Shown piece after piece: positions 49,587 to 59,761 of a stretch of 64,000 nt of DNA (positions within the stretch are counted from its first letter, which is position 1; every line of letters begins with the position of its first letter). The translations under genes were made by a program, and so were the position numbers. This DNA comes from an uncultured Acidobacteriota bacterium (GTDB lineage: Bacteria > Acidobacteriota > Terriglobia > UBA7540): positions 64,001 through 128,000 of the forward strand of contig CAWDSK010000005.1 of the NCBI GenBank assembly GCA_963804995.1, in the 5' to 3' direction. The notes below the pieces were generated by a model. The model saw only the letters and a program-made list of their open reading frames with translations. It was not told the origin of the DNA and searched no databases.

Positions 49587-49811
49587 TCACAGCAGTTTTT
49601 CCAGGTCCTCAGCGCTCAGCTCAGCGTTGCGCAAGATGCTTTTCAGGACCTTTGGGTGGAGGATCTTCGCGGTGTGAAATGGAATCGTGGCCCTCTTGCC
49701 GGCGGCATTCTTGTAAATCTGGTGGCTACCGCTCTGGCGAGTCAGGGAAAATCCGAGTCTTTCCAAAACCGTGGCTATCTGGCGGGCTGTGACGCGGGGC
49801 AACTTCGGCAT
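49587..49811 (-). CDS. hicA: HicA-family toxin
   Basis: MPKLPRVTA...LGF...RQSGSH...TIPFH...LKSIL. Confidence 0.92.
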   Translation of the reverse strand: MPKLPRVTARQIATVLERLGFSLTRQSGSHQIYKNAAGKRATIPFHTAKILHPKVLKSILRNAELSAEDLEKLL

Positions 49812-50035
49812 TAGACGGATACTTCGACGGTGGAGAGGCTCACGGAAACCGCTTCGGGGATTCCCTCCCCATTCGCCAGGCGATCTTCCAGATGCAGCCG
49901 CATAGCATCCTTGATGTTCGCCATGGCCTCTTCGTAGGTCTCCCCTTGGCTGTAACAGCCCTGGAGTGCGGGGCACGAGACGAAATAGCCGTCTTGGTCG
50001 CTCTCAAGAATTACGGGAAGCGTTAGGCGTTGCAT
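49811..50035 (-). CDS. hicB: HicB-family antitoxin (short form)
   Basis: GYFVSCPALQGCYSQGETYEEAMANIKDA; TAATG overlap with hicA. Confidence 0.92.
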   Translation of the reverse strand: MQRLTLPVILESDQDGYFVSCPALQGCYSQGETYEEAMANIKDAMRLHLEDRLANGEGIPEAVSVSLSTVEVSV

Positions 50036-50111
50036 GAGAGAAGTATATTCCTTTCGCTGAGGAAATAACAACCTGTCTTCGGAGCAGTCGAAGGGCGGGC
50101 CCTGCGCTACT

Positions 50112-50204
50112 CCTGATGTCCACAAGGCTTTTCGCAGTGGAAGAGCCGTCAACGACGCCTTGCGCTTGGTGATCGAGTTGCGCAAAGTCGGAAGCTCCAA
50201 ATGA
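50112..50204 (+). pseudogene. C-terminal remnant of a BrnA-like small antitoxin
   Basis: PDVHKAFRSGRAVNDALRLVIELRKVGSSK*; no start codon; the 5' end abuts a GTAG-type REP. Confidence 0.5.
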
Positions 50205-50318
50205 GCATAGCGACCTGTTGGGTAGGTCCGCGGCGTGCGTCCGGCGAGAAAAGCCGCAGAGCTTGAAATGCGGCTCTGCGCCTGCCGGCCTGCCAGCAGA
50301 GGCGCTGCCGCCATTCTC

Positions 50319-51215
50319 TCAAGTGCCGGGGGTCGGTCGGTAGAGATCTTCGAGCACCAGACGAGTCTCATCAACAAGTTTCCAAACCTTATCGTCGGTG
50401 TCGTAGAGCGACTGGAATTCGACAAGCCGATGAATGGCAGCGTCACCAGCATCCTTTACCCTCCCGCCTGCCTCCGCTCTGCTTCCATCAAGAATGCCTT
50501 TGGCTTCAGCTTCGTCGAGCCGTCTGAGGATGTCAGACTTGGCCCTGCCCCACGCGTCTAACTTGTTACTGGGTTTCCTCCGTCGACGCCCTTTACGCGG
50601 TTCGAGTCTTTCCTTGAGGGCAACCTCCAGGAGGGCTCGGCATAGCACTGCGCAAGCTACGTGGAAGCCATACAAGAAGCAGTTGTGCACTTCCGCGAAG
50701 TACCCTCTCACTGCCGTGACAGAATTCCGGCTCATTTCCACAGGGTTGAGCGCGGAAACGAGACGGACAATCCGTGAGAGCTTAGATGTGACTTCTTCCG
50801 CGTAATGCCTGTCAAGTGCGTCGTCACGTCTAGCATCCAGGTGCCGTACGACACCAACAGATCCGGCCCCCTGCTCGGCCAACTTACTCATTGCCTTCTT
50901 CAGGAGTTCTAAAGTCTCTGGGTGGAGGTCTTTCATCGCATCACTCATGTCTATGGGCGTTGCGCCATCCAGCGATGTAAGCTCTGCAGCCAAACCTAAC
51001 CCGTGTTGGCGCCTAAACTTCTCAAAAAAACCATCCAAATCCTCAGAAACCACTTGGTCTTGTTGGTCTTCCCTCGGCGACGCTTGAGTCCCCAAAGCCC
51101 TAAACGCCTCTTTCCCAAACACTATGAAATCGTCATATTCCTCCCAGTCGTCCTTGTCAATGTATGGCAAAATCTTCGAAAAGATTGACGCTCTTCTAGA
51201 CATCACAACCTCCAT
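50319..51215 (-). CDS. DUF4145-like (HEPN-related) domain protein
   Basis: EVHNCFLYGFHVACAVLCRALLEVAL...GDAAIH; visibly more AT-rich than the core genes. Confidence 0.65.
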   Translation of the reverse strand: MEVVMSRRASIFSKILPYIDKDDWEEYDDFIVFGKEAFRALGTQASPREDQQDQVVSEDLDGFFEKFRRQHGLGLAAELTSLDGATPIDMSDAMKDLHPETLELLKKAMSKLAEQGAGSVGVVRHLDARRDDALDRHYAEEVTSKLSRIVRLVSALNPVEMSRNSVTAVRGYFAEVHNCFLYGFHVACAVLCRALLEVALKERLEPRKGRRRRKPSNKLDAWGRAKSDILRRLDEAEAKGILDGSRAEAGGRVKDAGDAAIHRLVEFQSLYDTDDKVWKLVDETRLVLEDLYRPTPGT

Positions 51216-51310
51216 GCAGAGCGGCTACCCCCCGCCGCGGTTTTTGTTCCCTGGGCCTTTGGTCGAAGAAGAACCCACGGCGTACAACCCATGCCCGGGC
51301 TTCCCGCTCA

Positions 51311-52576
51311 TCATTTGCTTAGCTGCTGCGATAGGCGCGCGTAATTCTGCCTGTAGGTTGCGTTCTTGGGGTCGAGCGTGCAGGCCGCGCGGTATTCCTC
51401 CAGAGCTCCCAGCCGGTCGCCCGTCTTCTCCAGTGCGAGTCCGAGGGCGGCGTGCGCCAAGCCATTATTGGGGCTCAGGCGCACCGCTTCGCGTTCTTCG
51501 GCTATCATTCCCTCATTGTCACCCTTACTTCCGAGCGCGAGGCCGAGGCCAACGTGCGCCATATCATTGTTGGGGTTCAAGCGCACCGCCTCGCGTTCTT
51601 CTGTGATCATTCCATCCCGGTCACCCTTGTTTCCAAGCGCAGTGCCGAGCCCGACGTGCGCCATATCATTATTGGGGTTTAACCGCAGCGCTTCGCGTTC
51701 TTCAGTGATCATTCCATCCTGGTCGCCCTTATTTCCGAGTGCGGCTCCGAGGTTAGCGTGTGCCAAGGAATTATTGGGGTTTAAGCGCAGGGCTGTACGT
51801 TCTTCAGCGATCTCTCCATCCCAGTCGCCCTCGTTTCCGAGCGCAACGCCGAGGTTGACGTGCGCCAGGTCATTATTTGGGTTCAAGCGCAGCGCCTCGC
51901 GTGCTGCGGACGCGGTATCGTCCCACTTCTTCTGCTCAAGCAGGACATACGCTAGGCTTACGTAAATGTCGTCGTTTTGAGAATCAACTAGCAACGCCGC
52001 GCGGTATTCCAGTTCAGCTTCCGCATATTGGCCTTTCTTTGCGAGCTCCGTTCCATGCGCGACATGTTGCCGGATTTCCGCTTGTCGCGCCCGGAGTGCT
52101 TGGTCAATACTTTCCGGCTTCGTCACCCTGGCGTTTTTGAGCGCCGCGATCAGCTCATCGCCGCCGCCGCTCAGACGCACTTCCTGGAGATAATCATCCT
52201 TCACATCGAAGTCGATGCCGCGCTCCTCCACCAGCATCGCCACGCGGTGGCTCGGCACCTGCGCGGCGAGCAGGGTGATAACCTGCACCTGGTTCAGCGG
52301 CTTCTTGGCGCTCGTGGGCTCAGGGTGTTTGGCAGACCGCAGCGCGTTAAGAAATGCCTCGCTCGCGCCTGCGGCCTTGAGGGTTTGGAGAAAGTCATCC
52401 GCCGGGGCGAAATCAATCCCGCGCTGCTCGATCAGCTTTGCGCCCGAATCATCACCCAACCCGTCCCGCACCAGGCCTTCGACCTGATCCCGCGTAAAGG
52501 GCTTCTGCTGCGCCCGCAGGGGCAGCGTCAGAATCAGGGGTATGAGGAAGATAAGCAGGAATAGTCGGGGCCGCAT
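51311..52576 (-). CDS. Secreted TPR repeat protein
   Basis: Signal peptide; two xxQ/ERGIDF repeats; tandem 34-aa units REALRLNPNNDxAH. Confidence 0.88.
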   Translation of the reverse strand: MRPRLFLLIFLIPLILTLPLRAQQKPFTRDQVEGLVRDGLGDDSGAKLIEQRGIDFAPADDFLQTLKAAGASEAFLNALRSAKHPEPTSAKKPLNQVQVITLLAAQVPSHRVAMLVEERGIDFDVKDDYLQEVRLSGGGDELIAALKNARVTKPESIDQALRARQAEIRQHVAHGTELAKKGQYAEAELEYRAALLVDSQNDDIYVSLAYVLLEQKKWDDTASAAREALRLNPNNDLAHVNLGVALGNEGDWDGEIAEERTALRLNPNNSLAHANLGAALGNKGDQDGMITEEREALRLNPNNDMAHVGLGTALGNKGDRDGMITEEREAVRLNPNNDMAHVGLGLALGSKGDNEGMIAEEREAVRLSPNNGLAHAALGLALEKTGDRLGALEEYRAACTLDPKNATYRQNYARLSQQLSK

Positions 52577-52930
52577 GGGCACCTCCCGAAAGTGGGAATC
52601 GCGGGCATTCTACCACGTAGCGCAGGACGGTGAAGCCGCAACCAAAGACGTAGGGGCAGGCCTCACCGCCCACACTTTCCCGCTTCGGCTATCGGCAGTT
52701 TGAGGCGAGAAGATGAATCGATTTGCCGACTGCGAAAATCGCGAATCACCAATCGCAAATCGGCAATCATGCAATCACCCAATCGCCCGTTGAACCGATG
52801 ACCAGATTTCTCCCCCTCAAATTGACGCCCTCGAAAGCTGAGTGTAGACTGGCCTCTTCGCATTGAATTGCAGCGGCCTTCCCTGTCCGAAACAGGTGAA
52901 GGTGAATCTTGGGGAAATTACAGGAGGACT

Positions 52931-54307
52931 ATGAGCACTGCACTCTTCGACTATTACCAGGCCAACCGTGAACGCCACTTGGAAGGGCTCTTGCAGCTCT
53001 TGAGAATTCCCAGCATCAGCACGCTTCCCGAGCACAAGCCGGACATTCGCCGCGCGGCGGAATCCCTGGCGAACGGGCTCGGCGAGATGGGTATGAAGAA
53101 TGTGGAGGTCATCGAGGGCAAGGAGAATCAGCATCCCCTTGTTTACGCTGAGTGGTTGGAAGCGCCGGGCAAGCCCACGCTGCTGCTCTACGGCCACTAC
53201 GATGTGCAGCCCGCCGACCCGCTGGAGGAATGGGTCTCGCCGCCCTTCGAGCCTACCATCCGCAACAACAACATCTATGCGCGCGGGGCAGTGGACGATA
53301 AGGGGCAGGTCTATCTGCTCATGAAAGCCTTGGAGGGCTTCTTCAGGACGGAAGGCAAGCTCCCTGTGAATATCAAAGTCCTGATCGAGGGCGAAGAGGA
53401 AGTCGGGGGCGAGCACATTGATGAGTATGTGGCCGCGCATCCTGACCGCCTGAAAGCCGACGCGGCAGTGGTCTGCGATACGGAAATGTTCGCGCCGGAG
53501 CTGCCCACCATCACCACCGGTCTGCGCGGGCTTGTCTATACGGAACTGGAAGCGCGCGCGGCGGCGCACGATCTGCACTCGGGAGTGTACGGCGGAGCGG
53601 CGCCCAATCCCATGCAAGCTTTGGCGGAGATGATCAGCAAGCTCAAAGCGCCCAACGGCAAGATCCTTATTCCCGGATTTTACAAGCGGGTGAAGAAGCC
53701 CACCGCGGCGGAATTGGCGAGTTGGAAAAAGTTGCCCTTTAACGAAAAGAACTTCATGAAGAAGGAAATCGGCACCACGGCGCTGGTGGGTGAAAAAGGC
53801 TTCACGGTCCTTGAGCGCCTCTGGTCACGGCCGACCTTCGAAGTACACGGCTTCCGGGGTGGCTTTACGGGTGAAGGCGCGAAGACCGTGATCCCCGCCG
53901 TCAGCACGGCAAAAATCAGTATGCGCCTGGTTCCGGACATGAATCCGAAAGAAGTCTTTCGGCAATATGCGGCTTACGTGAAGAAGATCACGCCCAAAGG
54001 GATTCGGACGGCCACGCGAGTTCTCAGCTCCGCGCCGGCTTCGGTGGTGAGCACCGACAGTCGCTGGGTTGCCGCCGGCGCCGAAGCCATGGAGCAGGTG
54101 TTCAAGAAAAAGACCGTCTACATGCGCTCGGGTGGCTCCATTCCCATCGTGGGAACTTTCCAGCGTTGCCTGAAGATTCCTAGCGTCATGATGGGCTTCG
54201 GCCTGCCCGATGACAACTTGCATGCGCCCAACGAGAAATTCTATATCCCGAATTTCTATCGCGGCATCGAAGCGGTGGGGAAGTATTTAGAGCTGCTGGG
54301 ACAATAA
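52931..54307 (+). CDS. M20-family dipeptidase
   Basis: YGHYDVQP, ARGAVDDKGQ, EGEEE, DLHSG, HAPNE; AGGAGG RBS. Confidence 0.93.
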   Translation: MSTALFDYYQANRERHLEGLLQLLRIPSISTLPEHKPDIRRAAESLANGLGEMGMKNVEVIEGKENQHPLVYAEWLEAPGKPTLLLYGHYDVQPADPLEEWVSPPFEPTIRNNNIYARGAVDDKGQVYLLMKALEGFFRTEGKLPVNIKVLIEGEEEVGGEHIDEYVAAHPDRLKADAAVVCDTEMFAPELPTITTGLRGLVYTELEARAAAHDLHSGVYGGAAPNPMQALAEMISKLKAPNGKILIPGFYKRVKKPTAAELASWKKLPFNEKNFMKKEIGTTALVGEKGFTVLERLWSRPTFEVHGFRGGFTGEGAKTVIPAVSTAKISMRLVPDMNPKEVFRQYAAYVKKITPKGIRTATRVLSSAPASVVSTDSRWVAAGAEAMEQVFKKKTVYMRSGGSIPIVGTFQRCLKIPSVMMGFGLPDDNLHAPNEKFYIPNFYRGIEAVGKYLELLGQ

Positions 54308-54582
54308 AGGAAGGGTTGGAGAAGGCTAAAGGTTAAAGTGTAAAGTTTAAAGGGTAAGGGCCGGCACCCGCCGCGTGGATTGCTGGCCCTTTCCATTAGT
54401 CGTCTCAAGCCTACTGCGAGCACGTCAATCAACGCAGTTGCTCTCGCCAAACGGAAGCATCTTGTGAATTGCGGGTATGCAGAACCTACCCACCCCCCGG
54501 TTCTTCCTGCTCTTATCCGAATCTGCAAATTCCCCCGGCCTCGTGCTATAGTCCCGAGTTCCCATTCTCTCCGGAGGCGCCT

Positions 54583-56622
54583 GTGCCCGAATTCAAACCC
54601 TTTGTTCCACACGACTCAACGGAACGAGAATTCACGCTCAAGTCTGTTCTTGCCGGCATCATCATGGCGGCAATTTTTGGAGCGGCAAATGCCTACCTGG
54701 GCATGAAGGCCGGGCAGACCGTGGCGGCCACCATTCCCGCCGCGGTGATTGCCATCGCGCTTTTCCGCCTGCCGTTCTTTCGGGGGGGCGTGCTGGAGCA
54801 GAACCTGACGCGCACCGCGGCCTCCGTGGGTGAAGCTTTGGTGGCGGGAGCTATCTTTACGATCCCCGCCTTCATGATGGTCAACGTGGGCGGCCACCGC
54901 CTGTGGACCGACTTGCGCAGCCATTACTGGACGGGCACACTGATTCTGCTGGCGGGGGGCCTGCTGGGAGTATTCTTCATTATTATTCTGCGCCGGCCCC
55001 TGTGCGTGGAGTCGGAGCTGCCCTTTCCGGAAAGCACCGCCAGCGCCGAAATCGTCAAGGCCGGACAGCGGGGCTCGACCGATGCGCCCAAATACATCTT
55101 TGGAGCCATGGGCGTGGCTGCGTTGCTGCAACTCCTGAAGGATGATAAGGGCTTCCAACTTTTTCAAGACTCCGTCAGCTTCTTCTGGAATTTCCCCAAG
55201 TCCGTGGTCAGCTACTTCGGCTACCAGAAAGAATTACTCGGCAAAGTTGATTATGCGGGCGGTGTTGCCTTTACCACACCTTCTGCGTCACCGGCGCTGA
55301 TTGGGATTGGTTACATCATCGGACCGCGCTTGGCCGCCATCAACTGTTCGGGTGGGGTCATTGCCTGGCTGGTGCTGATTCCCTTGGTGCTTTTTATTGA
55401 TCCGGAACTTCCTCAACGCGTGGGTACGACGACGGCGGGCGGCACGGCGCCTTGGGACCTGGTGAGTTACACGGTTTGGTACAACGTGGTGCGGCCCATC
55501 GCCGTGGGCGCAATGCTCGTGGGCGCGGTTTACACGCTCTACAGCATGCGCGAGTCGATCTGGCGGTCCATCAAGGGTGCGTTCCAGGCCGCAGAGGCGA
55601 CGGCCGAAGGCGGAGCGCTGCGCACTCGCCTCGACATCGATATCCCCATCAAGTGGATCATCGTCTCCATCTGCGGGTTAATCATTCCCATCACCATCAT
55701 CTATTACTACTTCGCGCACAGTTGGGGCGCCGCACTGGTAGCGGCCGTGGTGATGACAGTGACCGGATTCTTCCTCTCTGCCGTAGGCGGTTACCTGGTG
55801 GGATTGGTGGGTTCGTCGAACCAGCCCGTTTCCGGACTCACGCTCGCGGCCTTGGTGATTGCGGCCATCATGATGGTCGCCATCGGCGTCAAGGGACTGG
55901 GCGGTGTCGCGGCAGTGCTCGGCGTCGCGTCGGTGGTGTGCTGCGCGTGCTGCGTCTCCGGCAGTTTGATTCAGGATTTGAAGGCCGGTTATCTCTTGGG
56001 CGGGACTCCCTGGAAAATGGAGGTCGTGGAAATAATCAGCGTCGCTGCGGTTTCTTTCTTCCTGTTGCTGCCCATCATCGCGCTGCACGAAGCGAATCTC
56101 GCGAGCGGCGGCATTGGTGGCAAGCTTCTGCCCGCGCCGCAAGCCGGGCTGATGGCGCAACTCGCACAAGGCATTGTGGGCGGCCAAATGGCTTGGGGCC
56201 TGCTTCTGATTGGTTGTCTGTTCGGAGTGTCGCTGGTGATGATTGGAGCGCCGTCGCCCATGCTGATTGCCGTCGGCATGTATCTGCCGCTTGAAACCAC
56301 GGGCGCGATCTTCCTGGGCGGCGTGATGAAGTGGATCGCCGATCAGTGGGCGGCGCGTCGCAATCTTTCCGGCGACGAGAAAGCAAAGTTTGAGGAGCGC
56401 GGCACGCTGCTGGCTTCAGGCTTCATCGCCGGTGAAGCCATTACCGGTATTCTATTGGCGACGCTTTTCCTGACCGGTGTTAAGTCGATCACACACGTCT
56501 TCACCGGCCAGGATGTTTTCCCGTTTGTCGAGAGTTGGGGCGGATGGATTTCGCTCATCGCCTTCGCCGTCATCGCCTACGTGCTGATTCGAATTCCGCT
56601 GAAGAAGGCGGCAAAACCCTGA
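54583..56622 (+). CDS. OPT-family oligopeptide transporter
   Basis: ANAYLGMKAG, LPFPES, GSSNQPVSG, QDLKAG, LPAPQA; multiple TM segments. Confidence 0.93.
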   Translation: MPEFKPFVPHDSTEREFTLKSVLAGIIMAAIFGAANAYLGMKAGQTVAATIPAAVIAIALFRLPFFRGGVLEQNLTRTAASVGEALVAGAIFTIPAFMMVNVGGHRLWTDLRSHYWTGTLILLAGGLLGVFFIIILRRPLCVESELPFPESTASAEIVKAGQRGSTDAPKYIFGAMGVAALLQLLKDDKGFQLFQDSVSFFWNFPKSVVSYFGYQKELLGKVDYAGGVAFTTPSASPALIGIGYIIGPRLAAINCSGGVIAWLVLIPLVLFIDPELPQRVGTTTAGGTAPWDLVSYTVWYNVVRPIAVGAMLVGAVYTLYSMRESIWRSIKGAFQAAEATAEGGALRTRLDIDIPIKWIIVSICGLIIPITIIYYYFAHSWGAALVAAVVMTVTGFFLSAVGGYLVGLVGSSNQPVSGLTLAALVIAAIMMVAIGVKGLGGVAAVLGVASVVCCACCVSGSLIQDLKAGYLLGGTPWKMEVVEIISVAAVSFFLLLPIIALHEANLASGGIGGKLLPAPQAGLMAQLAQGIVGGQMAWGLLLIGCLFGVSLVMIGAPSPMLIAVGMYLPLETTGAIFLGGVMKWIADQWAARRNLSGDEKAKFEERGTLLASGFIAGEAITGILLATLFLTGVKSITHVFTGQDVFPFVESWGGWISLIAFAVIAYVLIRIPLKKAAKP

Positions 56623-56737
56623 CCGGGATTTTTCAACAGGGGATGATTATTCTTCTTGATCATTTAGGGGGGTAGGCGGGGAATTAAGTGGGACCTCGCT
56701 CGCTATGCCCCGCTAAGCGCGATTTCTGGGACATGAG

Positions 56738-58345
56738 CTAGGGGCGATGGACGAGGGACAAGTTGTCGATAAACTCTTCTTCCGCCACCAGGTGCTCGCT
56801 GAATTCCCGCAGCGTCCGGTCTCCGATTGCGAGCAGCACCGTGGGATCGCCCGAAAGCTGGTAAGAAGCCATCTGCCTTTCGAACTTATCCAGGTCGATT
56901 CCCAGACGCTCGTGCGCGGTGTAGAAGGCTTGGACGGTTTCTGGGGTATCTGTAAAGGTTGGGAAAAGGGATTTCTCCTCCCGCCGGCAACTTTCCATCA
57001 CAAAGCTTTTGAAGAAATGCAGGGTCATGCGCAGCGCCGCGAGCACCGCCTGGCGTTCAATCGCATCCTCGCCGCGATGAAGGGTCAGCCCGGCGAGAAT
57101 CGCGTGCCAATCCTGCAATCCGGCGCGAATCTGCGCGTGCTCCTCCTTCCATTTCGACGCATCCGGCGCCAGCGTTTTGGCCCGAGGCTCACTTGCCGGG
57201 AGCGCCGTCTCGGGTCTGAGATATAGACTCTTGAGCCCGCGCGCGGCCAGCGCCTGCACCACTTCCCTCCGGCCGGGGAACCCGTGGGTTGAGAACTGGC
57301 CGGGCGTATCATGGTGCAGGTAGCCGCCCGGGAAGGTGTCACAATCCACCGTGAAGAGGTCTCCGGCCTCGACCATGGAGATGTTCATCTCGTAATTTTC
57401 GCGGGTATTAAAGAACAGGCGTGAGCCCGGGAAGGCGAGATGATAAAGGCTGAGGATCAGGCGGTAGTCGTCGTCGGATACCGTGAAGCGCGAGGATTTC
57501 TGCGACGCCAGGACGCCCCGCGCGGGCTTTAAGCGCGGAATGCCGATGGCGTGCGGGTCAAGACCGTAGGCGCGGCGCAGGTAGTTGCCGTGTTCGATGG
57601 TGGCCAGCGCGTTGTAGCGCCAATCGTAAAGCCCCAGCAGCGCCCCCAGCGCGATTTTCTCGATGCCTGCCCCGATGACGCGGTCCCACAAATCCAGGCG
57701 ATATTCGAAGTCCCGTTTAGGCGAGCCGGTCACGTGCCAGCGATCGAAGTGGGGCTGGTGGTAAGTCTCCTGCCACTCGACCACCCATTCGAGTCCGGCG
57801 GCGCGGAGGCGCACGTAGTCCTCGCGCTCATAAACCGGCGAGCAGAGCCCCACCACCCCGCCGCCCAGGCAATCGAGCTTCTGCCGCGTCAGCTCAACGT
57901 ACCGCGCCACCACGTCAGGGCCGAACTGGGGGTCTTCTGAGAGCACCAGCTCAATCTGCCGGTGGCCCCAGGAGAGAATCAGGTCGAGTTCGCGGCTGAA
58001 CTCGTCCAGGCTCAGGCGGACGCGCTCAGCCAGCGCATTGCTCTGGCGGTAGCCGCAGTAGAGGCACTCGTTTTCGCAGAAGCTGGTGAGATAAACGGGG
58101 ATGACGAATTCGACGGTATGCGGAGCCAGCCGTTCGCGAACCTGCCGCGCCGCCGCGTGGATTTCCGCGACCCGCTCGGGAGTGCGCGCCCAGGCAATCA
58201 GCGCCGCCGCGTCTTCCACATCCAGGCCGGGATTGGACTCCGCCGCTTCGAGAATCGCCGGCAGCGAACGCGTGGGTTCGGTGAGCGCCGCAAGTGACTC
58301 GATGCGAGCGTCAGAGACGCGGAAGACTTCACTGAATGTTGCCAC
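56738..58345 (-). CDS. ThiH/HydG-like radical SAM enzyme fused to a hemerythrin-like domain
   Basis: PVYLTSFCENECLYCGY, WQETY, LGALLGL, PRLKPA, TRE, PGGY...GQF; C-terminal EEH / REEKSLFP / AHE / EHLVAEE. Confidence 0.82.
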   Translation of the reverse strand: MATFSEVFRVSDARIESLAALTEPTRSLPAILEAAESNPGLDVEDAAALIAWARTPERVAEIHAAARQVRERLAPHTVEFVIPVYLTSFCENECLYCGYRQSNALAERVRLSLDEFSRELDLILSWGHRQIELVLSEDPQFGPDVVARYVELTRQKLDCLGGGVVGLCSPVYEREDYVRLRAAGLEWVVEWQETYHQPHFDRWHVTGSPKRDFEYRLDLWDRVIGAGIEKIALGALLGLYDWRYNALATIEHGNYLRRAYGLDPHAIGIPRLKPARGVLASQKSSRFTVSDDDYRLILSLYHLAFPGSRLFFNTRENYEMNISMVEAGDLFTVDCDTFPGGYLHHDTPGQFSTHGFPGRREVVQALAARGLKSLYLRPETALPASEPRAKTLAPDASKWKEEHAQIRAGLQDWHAILAGLTLHRGEDAIERQAVLAALRMTLHFFKSFVMESCRREEKSLFPTFTDTPETVQAFYTAHERLGIDLDKFERQMASYQLSGDPTVLLAIGDRTLREFSEHLVAEEEFIDNLSLVHRP

Positions 58346-58519
58346 GACGCTAAGACCTCCCGGTTCAGGGAAAAATCACAGACAATCGAGGGCCAAACAG
58401 ATACTCAGCAATCCCCACTCCATGATGAACCCGGAGGGGCAGGTTTGGGAATAGACAGAATGTCCGGTGGGTGCGAAATGGGCTTCCGGTCTTCGAAACC
58501 GCCAGGGGTTGCCAGTTTC

Positions 58520-59634
58520 CGCGTGCCGGATTTGGCCTCACGCTCGGATATCAACCTACCGATAACCGATGTGGGGGAGTGTGGCACAGCGGGGGAGGGC
58601 AATCGGGTGATTTGCGAATGCGATTTGTGATTGGTGATTTTTGCAGTCGGCCTTTGATTCATCTTTTTACTTGGCGCCACCGATAACCGATGTGGGGGAG
58701 TGTGGCACAGGGCGGATTGGTTCATTGATTCATCGGTTCATTGGTTCATTGATTCATTGGGCCGTCGGGTCATTTGCGATTTGTGATTGGTGATTGGGCG
58801 GTTGCCGATCCTCCGGCGTGCCGAATTGGGCTCATGTTCAGTGATAAACCTTCCGATAACCGTAGCGGGAGAGTGTGGCACAGCGCGGCGGGTTGGTCAG
58901 TGGTCAGTCGAATTTGCCCCATCCCTAGTCCCCAGCACCAAGTCCCTAACCCCTGCCTTTCCCGTGGCACTGCGCGGATGGGTTCATTGATTTATCGGGC
59001 CATTGAATCATTGATTGATCGGGCCATCGGTTCTTTGAATCATCGGATCATTGGGTCATTTAATGATTTGTGATTGGGCGGTCGCCGATTCTCTGGCGCG
59101 CCGAATTGCGCTCATGCTCGGACCTCAACCCACCGATAACCGATACGGGGGAGTGTGTCACGGCGGGGGTCGGGGGGTCGGTGGGCGAAGGGGGGCGAGC
59201 AAGCGTAGCGCGGACCTCCGCCGTTGAGGTCCGCGGTTCTTCGTATGCAATTTGAGCGAAGGTATCATGGCGAAGCAGCAGTCGCGCGACGGTTGGAGCT
59301 ACGTTTGCTATTCCCTCGTCAGCACCACCCCTTTTTCTTGTCAGCACCACCCCGTCGCTCAGCCCCGATGATCAATTTGGAAAGAACGCGCTATCGGGGC
59401 ACGGCGCGCCACCCCTCCTCATCTGAGGCGGGGAGTTCTTTAAAGCTCCCCTCCTGATTTAGGAGGGGTGGCGCTCCGAGCGCCGGGGTGGTTACGGGAG
59501 CACCTGGGGCAAAGGGATGGTAAATCCCTCCGCCGCGCCGCGTTACCCAATCTGCGCCACCTGCTACAGTCGGTTTTTGGCCTCATCTTCGGGCATCAAC
59601 CCACCGATAACCGATATGGGGGAGTGTCACGGCC
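58520..59634 (+). repeat. Five copies of a ~70-bp direct repeat (core CCGATAACCGatnnGGGgGAGTGT(gg/gt)CAC)
   Basis: CCGATAAC starts at 58559, 58680, 58853, 59133 and 59604. Confidence 0.92.
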
Positions 59635-59686
59635 GGGGAGAAGGGATTCGGGACTCGGGATTTGGGGCTGGGGGCGGACAGCAAGC

Positions 59687-59761
59687 GTAGCGGCGGGTTT
59701 ACCCCGCCATTTGGCGAGGTACACTCGCTAGCAGGAAATGGCGGGGTAAACCCGCCGCTAC
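59687..59761. repeat. GTAG-type REP doublet (GTAGCGGCGGGTTTACCCCGCCA)
   Basis: Inverted pair; further copies at 60671-60738 and 60-96. Confidence 0.85.

Noticed and set aside
58520..59634. CRISPR array
   Set aside because: Spacing is irregular (121-471 bp), the repeats are degenerate, the intervening DNA is low-complexity, and no cas genes are present.
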